32,000 bases of DNA. It comes from Aliivibrio fischeri ES114. Lineage in GTDB: Bacteria; Pseudomonadota; Gammaproteobacteria; Enterobacterales; Vibrionaceae. The stretch's first letter is position 1. Each line of letters opens with the position of its first letter. Location: assembly GCF_000011805.1 (NCBI RefSeq), contig NC_006840.2; one strand, written 5' to 3'. The notes beneath the pieces were generated by a model that did not search any database, had not been told where the DNA came from, and worked only from the letters and a program-made list of their open reading frames with translations. Of the stretch, positions 11,639 through 32,000 are shown piece by piece. The position numbers were made by a program, and so were the translations under genes.

Positions 11639-12671
11639 CAAAGAGCTCCGATAAAAAAGATTCTTCACCATTTAGATAAAATCTAACTTCATGTTCAAGT
11701 TCAATATCATACATATCTAAGACACTATTTTTTACATGATTTGCTAACTCTAAAATATCTTCAGATGTCGCTGTACCAGTGTTAATTAGCACTAACGCTT
11801 GTTCTTGATGTACTTGGGCTCCATTAATTTTGAAACCTTTTAAACCAGCATTATCAATAAGCCAACCAGCAGCTATTTTCTTCCCTTCAGTGACATCATA
11901 AGCAGGTAAATTAGGGTAAGTTTCACATAAGGCTAAATAGTGCTCTTCTGATATAACAGGATTCTTAAAGAAACTACCTGCATTTCCAATCACATTTGGA
12001 TCAGGGAGTTTTTTACTTCGAATTTCACAAATTTTATCAAATACGTTCTTAGGTGTGGTTTTACTATTTCGTAAATCACTCAATGGGCCATAAGCAAGAA
12101 CAGGCTGCCATTGTTTATTTAAACGAAGTGTTATCGCTGTAATGATGCAACGATCTTTGAGCTCGTGCTTAAAAATAGATTCTCGATAACCAAATAAACA
12201 TTCTGAATTCTTCAATGTTTTAATTTGAAGTGTTTCAAGATCCAAATATTCAACAGACTCACATATATCTTTTAGCTCAAGACCATAAGCACCGATATTT
12301 TGAATAGGAGCAGAACCTGCACAACCTGGAATCATTGCTAGATTCTCAATGCCGGCGAATCCATTATCAACACACCACTCAACTAATGCAGGCCAATCTT
12401 CTCCACTAGAAATTTTCAGCAAATAATCAGTATCCGTTTCTGTTACTGATTTTCCGAAAAGTCGATTAAGAACAACGACACCATTAAAGTGATTACAAAA
12501 TAAGGTATTACTCCCTCGCCCTAAAGGTAGTTTTGTCATGTCTGTGTATTTTTTATCAGACCAAATATCAATTAGATCCTGTATAGAATCAGCTTGAATG
12601 ATTAAATCAGCACTTTCGTTAACTGAAAAACTATTATAAGGCTTAAGTGTTTTATTAAGTAAAATCTGCAT
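11622..12671 (-). CDS. murB: UDP-N-acetylmuramate dehydrogenase
   Basis: 349 aa; [43 protein letters not shown]; its 3' end overlaps the predicted birA start. Confidence 0.96.
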   Translation of the reverse strand: [349 protein letters not shown]

Positions 12672-12742
12672 AGTGCTGTATTTAATTGATTAGATTAAGT
12701 ACATTCTAACTTAATACATAACAACTATATAGAACAGAGCTA

Positions 12743-13174
12743 ATGAATCTTACCGTTTCTCATCTAGACAAATTACGCCTTCCTTTATTACATAAAATCT
12801 ACAAGGAAAACTACCCGTCAGGAAAGCCTAAGGGAAAAGAAGAAATAATAGTAATAGAGGGGGATAAGAAAATCTTAGGGGCTATGCGTATAAAGACCTA
12901 TGAAGAGTGTCATTTTTTAACAGGAATGATGATAATCAAAGAAAGAAGAGGCGAGAGTCTTGGAAGCCAACTGTTATTTAAGTTAAATGAATTTTTATCA
13001 TTAGAACACTGCTATTGCTTTTGTGAACCTCAGTTAAGTGAGTTTTATTTAAAAAACGATTTCATTCATATAGATAAAAAAAATATTCCTCATGTACTTA
13101 AATCTAAGCATGATAGATATACAAATACTGGAAAAGAATTGGATATCCTTCTCTATAAAAAAACTAACAATTAG
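12743..13174 (+). CDS. GNAT-family acetyltransferase (small, uncharacterised)
   Basis: 143 aa; GNAT-like core GDKKILGAMRIKTYEE...LTGMMIIKERRGESLGSQLLFKLNEF. Confidence 0.7.
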   Translation: MNLTVSHLDKLRLPLLHKIYKENYPSGKPKGKEEIIVIEGDKKILGAMRIKTYEECHFLTGMMIIKERRGESLGSQLLFKLNEFLSLEHCYCFCEPQLSEFYLKNDFIHIDKKNIPHVLKSKHDRYTNTGKELDILLYKKTNN

Positions 13175-13240
13175 ATATTACTCTCGGCAATACCCATGAA
13201 GTTTGCTAGAATCTATCCCCTTATATTGATTATTTAATGA

Positions 13241-14599
13241 TTGGTTATGAATTTGAAACCTCAAGAAAGTAAAGAACAGCTATCTAAGCTCCCAATGTTG
13301 TCTCAAAATCCTGAGAATATTAAGATTCTTCACACCGCTGCAGATTTTCGGTATGAACTTCTTAAACAAATAGAAAATGCACAACAACGCATTTATATAG
13401 TTGCACTTTACTTAGAAAATGATGATGCTGGTAGAGAAATCTTTACCGCTCTGTATGAAGCTAAACAGAAAAATCCGACACTAGACATTAATGTTCTTGT
13501 TGATTGGCATCGAGCTCAAAGAGGACTTATCGGTGCTGAAAAGAGTGATGGTAACGCAGCGTTATATCGAGAATTCTCTGAAAAATATGAGCATTCAATA
13601 AATGTCCTTGGTGTTCCAGTAAGAAATAAAGAAGTTTTCGGCGTTTTGCATCTAAAAGGTTTTATCTTTGACGACACCGTTGTTTATAGCGGCGCTAGCT
13701 TAAATGATGTATACCTTGCCCATAAAGATAAATACCGCTTCGACAGATACCACGTTTTAAATAATGCTCTTCTTGCTAATTCAATGGTTTCATTTATTAA
13801 GAAAACATTGATTGCTAGTCCTGCTGTAAATTGTTTATCACAACAAAATAGACCTGATACAAAATCCCTTAAGCCGGAAATTAAAGAGTTAAGAAAGCAG
13901 CTCGGTTTAGCAAACTACCAATTTACGTCTCAAACAAGAAAAGAAGGTGAAGTTGGTATAACACCTCTTGTTGGCTTAGGAAGAAAAGGGAATAAATTAA
14001 ATAATTATATTCGCACTCTTTTAGCATCAGCCACATCTGAAATTACAATCTGTACTCCTTATTTCAACTTCCCTAAACCTATTGCAAAAGAACTAAAAAA
14101 AGCACTACGACGAGGAGTGAAAGTAACAATTATTGTCGGTGACAAAACTGCTAATGATTTCTACATTTCACCTGAAGAAGAATTTAAGACTATTGCAGGG
14201 TTACCATACCTATATGAGATAAACCTAAGAAACTTTGCTAAAGCTAATGAGACTTACATTGCTAGCAGACAATTATCTCTTAACTTATGGAAACATGAGA
14301 ACAACAGTTTTCATCTAAAAGGTATGTGGGTAGATAAAGAATACACACTAATTACAGGTAGTAATCTAAACCCAAGAGCCTGGAAACTAGATCTTGAGAA
14401 TGGACTATTATTGCAGGATCCTGAACAGTTACTTGTAGATACGAAGCAAGCTGAACTAGATGTAATCTTAGAACATACACAATTAATTGGTTCATACAAA
14501 CAAGTAGACAAGCTTGATAGTTATCCTGTTGAAGTAAAAAAATTAATCAAAAGAATTAAGCGAATTAAAGCAGATCATATACTGAATCAAATTCTATAA
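13241..14599 (+). CDS. pssA: CDP-diacylglycerol--serine O-phosphatidyltransferase (PLD-like)
   Basis: 452 aa with two HxK motifs (HLKGFIFDDTVVYSGASLND; HLKGMWVDKEYTLITGSNLNPRAW), characteristic of PssA. Confidence 0.93.
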   Translation: MVMNLKPQESKEQLSKLPMLSQNPENIKILHTAADFRYELLKQIENAQQRIYIVALYLENDDAGREIFTALYEAKQKNPTLDINVLVDWHRAQRGLIGAEKSDGNAALYREFSEKYEHSINVLGVPVRNKEVFGVLHLKGFIFDDTVVYSGASLNDVYLAHKDKYRFDRYHVLNNALLANSMVSFIKKTLIASPAVNCLSQQNRPDTKSLKPEIKELRKQLGLANYQFTSQTRKEGEVGITPLVGLGRKGNKLNNYIRTLLASATSEITICTPYFNFPKPIAKELKKALRRGVKVTIIVGDKTANDFYISPEEEFKTIAGLPYLYEINLRNFAKANETYIASRQLSLNLWKHENNSFHLKGMWVDKEYTLITGSNLNPRAWKLDLENGLLLQDPEQLLVDTKQAELDVILEHTQLIGSYKQVDKLDSYPVEVKKLIKRIKRIKADHILNQIL

Positions 14600-14606
14600 T
14601 TAAGTT

Positions 14607-14640
14607 ATGGGTGTGCATTAATACAGTGCATACCCATTTT
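14607..14640 (+). terminator. pssA terminator
   Basis: ATGGGTGTGCATTAATACAGTGCATACCCATTTT hairpin plus T-run just after the pssA stop. Confidence 0.75.
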
Positions 14641-14730
14641 GATATTTCCCCGCCTCTATTCATCTAAAATTACACGTCCTAGAGTCTCCATCATTTAATT
14701 ATCTCAATATAAGTAACTATATTTACCTGC

Positions 14731-14820
14731 TTTTTATCAAGTTTAAGAGCAACACGTCCCCGAACTGACAACCGCTAAGATCTCTAATAGAAAGCCTAAC
14801 CAACTGAACTACCATTTCGC
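14731..14820 (-). pseudogene. Degenerate tRNA-Asp-like remnant, unit A
   Basis: Minus strand GCGAAATGGTAGTTCAGTTGGTTAGG... matches the 5' half of the intact tRNA-Asp at 15073-15149; the remaining part is decayed. Aligns at 180-nt spacing to unit B. Confidence 0.7.
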
Positions 14821-14852
14821 TCTGCTTATCTCATTCCGTTTTCTACAGATGC

Positions 14853-14882
14853 AAAAAAGCCCTAATCTTTTGATTAGGGCTT
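14853..14882 (-). terminator. Rho-independent terminator preceding unit A (downstream of unit B)
   Basis: Minus strand AAGCCCTAATCAAAAGATTAGGGCTTTTTT. Confidence 0.9.
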
Positions 14883-14893
14883 CTTAAATAAGT

Positions 14894-15000
14894 GATTACG
14901 TTAACGGGACTTTCTATCAATCTTGAAAGCGATACGCCCCTTGGCGTGAGGCCGCTAAGCTCCCCAATAAAAAGCCTAACCAACTGAACTGCCACTTAGC
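14894..15000 (-). pseudogene. Degenerate tRNA-Asp-like remnant, unit B
   Basis: Minus strand GCTAAGTGGCAGTTCAGTTGGTTAGG...; retains AACGGGACT (3' side) and the acceptor/D-arm half, with an apparent ~29-nt internal expansion relative to the intact gene. Confidence 0.7.
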
Positions 15001-15032
15001 TCTGTTTATCTCATTCAATTTTCTACAGATGC

Positions 15033-15062
15033 AAAAAAGCCCTAATCTTTCGATTAGGGCTT
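15033..15062 (-). terminator. Rho-independent terminator downstream of tRNA-Asp
   Basis: Minus strand AAGCCCTAATCGAAAGATTAGGGCTTTTTT. Confidence 0.92.
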
Positions 15063-15072
15063 TTCAAATAAG

Positions 15073-15149
15073 TGGCGGAGTGGACGGGACTCGAACCCGC
15101 GACCCCCGGCGTGACAGGCCGGTATTCTAACCAACTGAACTACCACTCC
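15073..15149 (-). tRNA. tRNA-Asp(GTC)
   Basis: GGAGTGGTAGTTCAGTTGGTTAGAATACCGGCCTGTCACGCCGGGGGTCGCGGGTTCGAGTCCCGTCCACTCCGCCA; distal tRNA of rrn operon 1. Confidence 0.97.
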
Positions 15150-15180
15150 GCAGTGTCTATTCAGTGTATCTTAATTTAAA

Positions 15181-15298
15181 GCCTGGCGATGTCCTACTCT
15201 CACATGGGGAAACCCCACACTACCATCGGCGCTATTACGTTTCACTTCTGAGTTCGGCATGGGATCAGGTGGGTCCATAACGCTATGGTCGCCAAGCA
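15181..15298 (-). rRNA. 5S rRNA, operon 1
   Basis: Minus strand TGCTTGGCGACCATAGCG...CCCATGCCGAACTCAGAAGTGAAACG...GCCAGGC. Confidence 0.96.
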
Positions 15299-15392
15299 AA
15301 TTCTTTAATTCGGAAAGCTATATTGTGTTCTTAATGCACATTCAATTCGTTTCTTGCAACTTCAAATCCGTTCAAAACCCCTTGGGTGTTGT

Positions 15393-18283
<2,891 letters not shown>

Positions 18284-18485
18284 ATACAACCCCAAGAGGT
18301 TTCGTATGGCATAAACAACCAAGGTTGAACTCGTCATTGCGAGTTCTGGTTTTTCGCCGGATTCAAAATACAAGAACACTTGAATGTGTTGTTCTTCGTT
18401 TTACAAAGTAAAACAAAGGATATTAAGAACTTTTAAATTTTGATTTAGATAACTCGTAAGTTATTTAAATCAGTCAGCTTTCCAA

Positions 18486-18498
18486 ATTGTTAAAGAGC
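18486..18498 (-). promoter_or_regulatory. boxA-like antitermination element upstream of 23S (operon 1)
   Basis: Minus strand GCTCTTTAACAAT, matching the rrn boxA core. Confidence 0.75.
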
Positions 18499-18564
18499 AA
18501 TGTTTCTTTCGAAACCATTTTTAAAGACTCTCATCGGCTTTTTGCTTCAAAGAACGCTTAAAGA

Positions 18565-18640
18565 TGGTGGGCGATACCGGGCTCGAACCAGTGACCCCCT
18601 CCTTGTAAGGGAGGTGCTCTCCCAACTGAGCTAATCGCCC
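18565..18640 (-). tRNA. tRNA-Val(TAC)
   Basis: GGGCGATTAGCTCAGTTGGGAGAGCACCTCCCTTACAAGGAGGGGGTCACTGGTTCGAGCCCGGTATCGCCCACCA. Confidence 0.96.
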
Positions 18641-18671
18641 ACGAAAGTTTTAATTCCTTCGTGAGAAAGAA

Positions 18672-18747
18672 TGGTGGAGCTATGCGGGATCGAACCGCAG
18701 ACCTCCTGCGTGCAAGGCAGGCGCTCTCCCAGCTGAGCTATAGCCCC
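18672..18747 (-). tRNA. tRNA-Ala(TGC)
   Basis: GGGGCTATAGCTCAGCTGGGAGAGCGCCTGCCTTGCACGCAGGAGGTCTGCGGTTCGATCCCGCATAGCTCCACCA. Confidence 0.96.
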
Positions 18748-18771
18748 AAATTTTATTTCCTTGGGAGGAAA

Positions 18772-18847
18772 TGGTGGGTCGTGCAGGATTCGAACCTGCG
18801 ACCAATTGATTAAAAGTCAACTGCTCTACCAACTGAGCTAACGACCC
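18772..18847 (-). tRNA. tRNA-Lys(TTT)
   Basis: GGGTCGTTAGCTCAGTTGGTAGAGCAGTTGACTTTTAATCAATTGGTCGCAGGTTCGAATCCTGCACGACCCACCA. Confidence 0.96.
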
Positions 18848-18849
18848 AA

Positions 18850-18925
18850 TGGTATCCCGTAGGGGAGTCGAACCCCTGTTACCGCCGTGAAAGGGCGGTG
18901 TCCTAGGCCTCTAGACGAACGGGAC
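18850..18925 (-). tRNA. tRNA-Glu(TTC)
   Basis: GTCCCGTTCGTCTAGAGGCCTAGGACACCGCCCTTTCACGGCGGTAACAGGGGTTCGACTCCCCTACGGGATACCA. Confidence 0.95.
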
Positions 18926-19020
18926 ACTGGATATTTGAAGATGTTGGGCATCTTCATTGCTTCTTTACATTTTTAACCTAATCAATCTGTGTGAACACTC
19001 ATAAATCGCAATCTATCGTT

Positions 19021-20572
<1,552 letters not shown>

Positions 20573-20753
20573 AAGTTTTTTTGGTTGCTCTGTCTTTTCT
20601 ATAAAGAGAAGCAGAAACAAACCGACTCAATGATTAATACTGATTGTTACATAAAAGTAATTTTGTGTAGTCACTCAGTTCATTGATTAGTTATTTGCTT
20701 TCGCAAATAGTGATTATCAATTCACAAGTGCCCACACAGATTGATTTGGTTAA

Positions 20754-20766
20754 ATTGTTAAAGAGC
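20754..20766 (-). promoter_or_regulatory. Leader boxA, operon 1
   Basis: Minus strand GCTCTTTAACAAT upstream of 16S. Confidence 0.75.
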
Positions 20767-20814
20767 TTGTCTTTCAACCACTTAGCGTTTCCGCTTCGTC
20801 GTTTCAGGCTGCGT

Positions 20815-20842
20815 ATAATACGCTGTCTGATTTGAAAGTCAA
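20815..20842 (-). promoter_or_regulatory. rrn promoter, operon 1
   Basis: Minus strand TTGACT-N16-TATTAT followed by a GC-rich start region; AT-rich upstream (possible UP element). Confidence 0.8.
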
Positions 20843-20931
20843 GATAATATTTTCAACTTTTTCAATTATTTTTGAATCGTTAAAAACGTTATGTTGACTT
20901 GGCTCACAGTGACAGTCTGGGAGCGAAATAA

Positions 20932-20956
20932 AAGCCCGTTCAACTGAACGGGCTCT
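20932..20956 (-). terminator. Terminator of rrn operon 2
   Basis: Minus strand AGCCCGTTCAGTTGAACGGGCTTTTATTT immediately 3' of 5S copy 2. Confidence 0.88.
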
Positions 20957-20969
20957 CATTCAAATTCAA

Positions 20970-21087
20970 GCCTGGCGATGTCCTACTCTCACATGGGGAA
21001 ACCCCACACTACCATCGGCGCTATTACGTTTCACTTCTGAGTTCGGCATGGGATCAGGTGGGTCCATAACGCTATGGTCGCCAAGCA
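20970..21087 (-). rRNA. 5S rRNA, operon 2
   Basis: Same sequence as 5S copy 1. Confidence 0.96.
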
Positions 21088-21177
21088 AATTCTTTAATTC
21101 GGAAAGCTTAATTCTTAATCCACATTCAAATTCGTTTCTTGCAACTTTAAATCCGTTCAAAACCCCTTGGGTGTTGT

Positions 21178-24068
<2,891 letters not shown>

Positions 24069-24270
24069 ATACAACCCCAAGAGGTTTCGTATGGCATAAA
24101 CAACCAAGGTTGAACTCGTCATTGCGAGTTCTGGTTTTTCGCCGGATTCAAAATACAAGAACACTTGAATGTGTTGTTCTTCGTTTTACAAAGTAAAACA
24201 AAGGATATTAAGAACTTTTAAATTTTGATTTAGATAACTCGTAAGTTATTTAAATCAGTCAGCTTTCCAA

Positions 24271-24283
24271 ATTGTTAAAGAGC
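24271..24283 (-). promoter_or_regulatory. boxA-like element upstream of 23S (operon 2)
   Basis: Minus strand GCTCTTTAACAAT. Confidence 0.75.
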
Positions 24284-24335
24284 AATGTTTCTTTCGAAAC
24301 CATTTTTAAAGACTCTCAAGGAGAATATTTAAAGA

Positions 24336-24411
24336 TGGTGGAGCTATGCGGGATCGAACCGCAGACCTCCTGCGTGCAAGGCAGGCGCTCTCCCAGCTGA
24401 GCTATAGCCCC
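24336..24411 (-). tRNA. tRNA-Ala(TGC)
   Basis: Identical to the tRNA-Ala(TGC) of operon 1. Confidence 0.96.
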
Positions 24412-24448
24412 GAAATATAATGTTATCCAATACTTTCTGGAGAAGTAT

Positions 24449-24525
<77 letters not shown>

Positions 24526-24594
24526 AACATTAAGTCTCTTAATTTTTTAACCTAATCAATCTGTGTGAACACTCATAAACCGCAATCTATCGTT

Positions 24595-26147
<1,553 letters not shown>

Positions 26148-26329
26148 AAGTTTTTTTGGTTGCTCTGTCTTTTCTATAAAGAGAAGCAGAAACAAAACCG
26201 ACTCAATGATTAATACTGATTGTTACATAAAAGTAATTTTGTGTAGTCACTCAGTTCATTGATTAGTTATTTGCTTTCGCAAATAGTGATTATCAATTCA
26301 CAAGTGCCCACACAGATTGATTTGGTTAA

Positions 26330-26342
26330 ATTGTTAAAGAGC
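26330..26342 (-). promoter_or_regulatory. Leader boxA, operon 2
   Basis: Minus strand GCTCTTTAACAAT. Confidence 0.75.
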
Positions 26343-26390
26343 TTGTCTTTCAACCACTTAGCGTTTCCGCTTCGTCGTTTCAGGCTGCGT

Positions 26391-26418
26391 ATAATACGCT
26401 GTCTGATTTGAAAGTCAA
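26391..26418 (-). promoter_or_regulatory. rrn promoter, operon 2
   Basis: TTGACT-N16-TATTAT, same as the operon 1 promoter. Confidence 0.8.
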
Positions 26419-26507
26419 GATAATATTTTCAACTTTTTCAATTATTTTTGAATCGTTAAAAACGTTATGTTGACTTGGCTCACAGTGACAGTCTGGGAGC
26501 GAAATAA

Positions 26508-26532
26508 AAGCCCGTTCAACTGAACGGGCTCT
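26508..26532 (-). terminator. Terminator of rrn operon 3
   Basis: AGCCCGTTCAGTTGAACGGGCTTTTATTT on the minus strand, 3' of 5S copy 3. Confidence 0.88.
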
Positions 26533-26545
26533 CATTCAAATTCAA

Positions 26546-26663
26546 GCCTGGCGATGTCCTACTCTCACATGGGGAAACCCCACACTACCATCGGCGCTAT
26601 TACGTTTCACTTCTGAGTTCGGCATGGGATCAGGTGGGTCCATAACGCTATGGTCGCCAAGCA
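26546..26663 (-). rRNA. 5S rRNA, operon 3
   Basis: Same sequence as 5S copies 1 and 2. Confidence 0.96.
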
Positions 26664-26757
26664 AATTCTTTAATTCGGAAAGCTATATTGTGTTCTTAAT
26701 GCACATTCAATTCGTTTCTTGCAACTTCAAATCCGTTCAAAACCCCTTGGGTGTTGT

Positions 26758-29648
<2,891 letters not shown>

Positions 29649-29849
29649 ATACAACCCCAAGAGGTTTCGTATGGCATAAACAACCAAGGTTGAACTCGTC
29701 ATTGCGAGTTCTGGTTTTTCGCCGGATTCAAAATACAAGAACACTTGAATGTGTTGTTCTTCGTTTTACAGAGTAAAACAAAGGATATTAAGAACTTTTA
29801 AATTTGATTTAGATAACTCGTAAGTTATTCAAATCAGTCAGCTTTCCAA

Positions 29850-29862
29850 ATTGTTAAAGAGC
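29850..29862 (-). promoter_or_regulatory. boxA-like element upstream of 23S (operon 3)
   Basis: Minus strand GCTCTTTAACAAT. Confidence 0.75.
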
Positions 29863-29932
29863 GATTTCACGCTTATGCGTGTAACCATTTTTAAAAACTC
29901 TTAAAGGTTTAACCTAAAAGAATGCTTAAAGA

Positions 29933-30008
29933 TGGTGGAGCTATGCGGGATCGAACCGCAGACCTCTTCGCTGCCAGCGAAGCGCTCTCCCAGCTGAGCT
30001 ATAGCCCC
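29933..30008 (-). tRNA. tRNA-Ala(GGC)
   Basis: GGGGCTATAGCTCAGCTGGGAGAGCGCTTCGCTGGCAGCGAAGAGGTCTGCGGTTCGATCCCGCATAGCTCCACCA; loop CTGGCAG gives anticodon GGC. Confidence 0.93.
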
Positions 30009-30075
30009 ACATAGTCTCTTTAATTTTTTAACCTAATCAATCTGTGTGAACACTCATAAACCGTAATCTATCGTT

Positions 30076-31628
<1,553 letters not shown>

Positions 31629-31777
31629 AAGTTCTTTTGAACTCTTTCAGCAGAAAGAAGTTCGACTCAATGATTAATACTGATTGTTACATAAAAGTAA
31701 TTTTGTGTAGTCACTCAGTTCATTGATAATGTGTTGATTATCAATTCACAAGTGCCCACACAGATTGATTTGGTTAA

Positions 31778-31790
31778 ATTGTTAAAGAGC
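31778..31790 (-). promoter_or_regulatory. Leader boxA, operon 3
   Basis: Minus strand GCTCTTTAACAAT. Confidence 0.75.
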
Positions 31791-31837
31791 TTGTCTTTCA
31801 ACGACTTGCGTTTCCGTTTCGTCGTTTGAGGCTGCGT

Positions 31838-31865
31838 ATAATACAGAGCCAAATTATTAAGTCAA
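31838..31865 (-). promoter_or_regulatory. rrn promoter, operon 3
   Basis: Minus strand TTGACT-N16-TATTAT. Confidence 0.78.
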
Positions 31866-32000
31866 GGATTATTTTCAAATTATTTTGAAGTCCTAAAACT
31901 CATTGTTCTCATGGATAAAGTTATTTATCTTTTCCTTGGGAACGGAGGCGCATTATAGAGAGCTAATTAGGATTGGCAAGCGATATTTAAAAATAATCAT

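Noticed and set aside
14731-15151. Possible CRISPR or integron-like repeat array because of the regular 180-nt period
   Set aside because: Only two to three units, with repeat content equal to tRNA-Asp plus terminator; no short repeat/unique spacer structure and no cas or integrase gene.

Overview
The window is a chromosomal region from a Vibrionaceae-type gammaproteobacterium, possibly Aliivibrio-like (taxonomy is inference). Nearly all transcription units lie on the minus strand. Reading from high to low coordinates they are: (1) three tandem rRNA operons (16S-tRNAs-23S-5S) at about 31.8-15.2 kb, each with a different 16S-23S spacer: Ala(GGC); Ile-Ala(TGC); Glu-Lys-Ala(TGC)-Val; (2) a distal tRNA-Asp, followed by two degenerate tRNA-Asp-like units, each with a retained terminator; (3) on the plus strand, pssA, a small GNAT-like acetyltransferase and coaA; (4) on the minus strand, murB-birA; (5) thrU-tyrU-glyT-thrT-tufB, secE-nusG and rplKAJL-rpoB. 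I found no new defence or mobile system. The observations most worth checking are a 1-nt frameshift in the 5' end of rplJ, a tandem ~180-bp decayed tRNA-Asp/terminator array, patchwork 23S/16S heterogeneity with compensatory base-pair changes between the operons, a tRNA-Ala pair that differs only in the anticodon arm, and a 1-nt deletion in one 16S copy. The many ORFs called inside 16S/23S are spurious.
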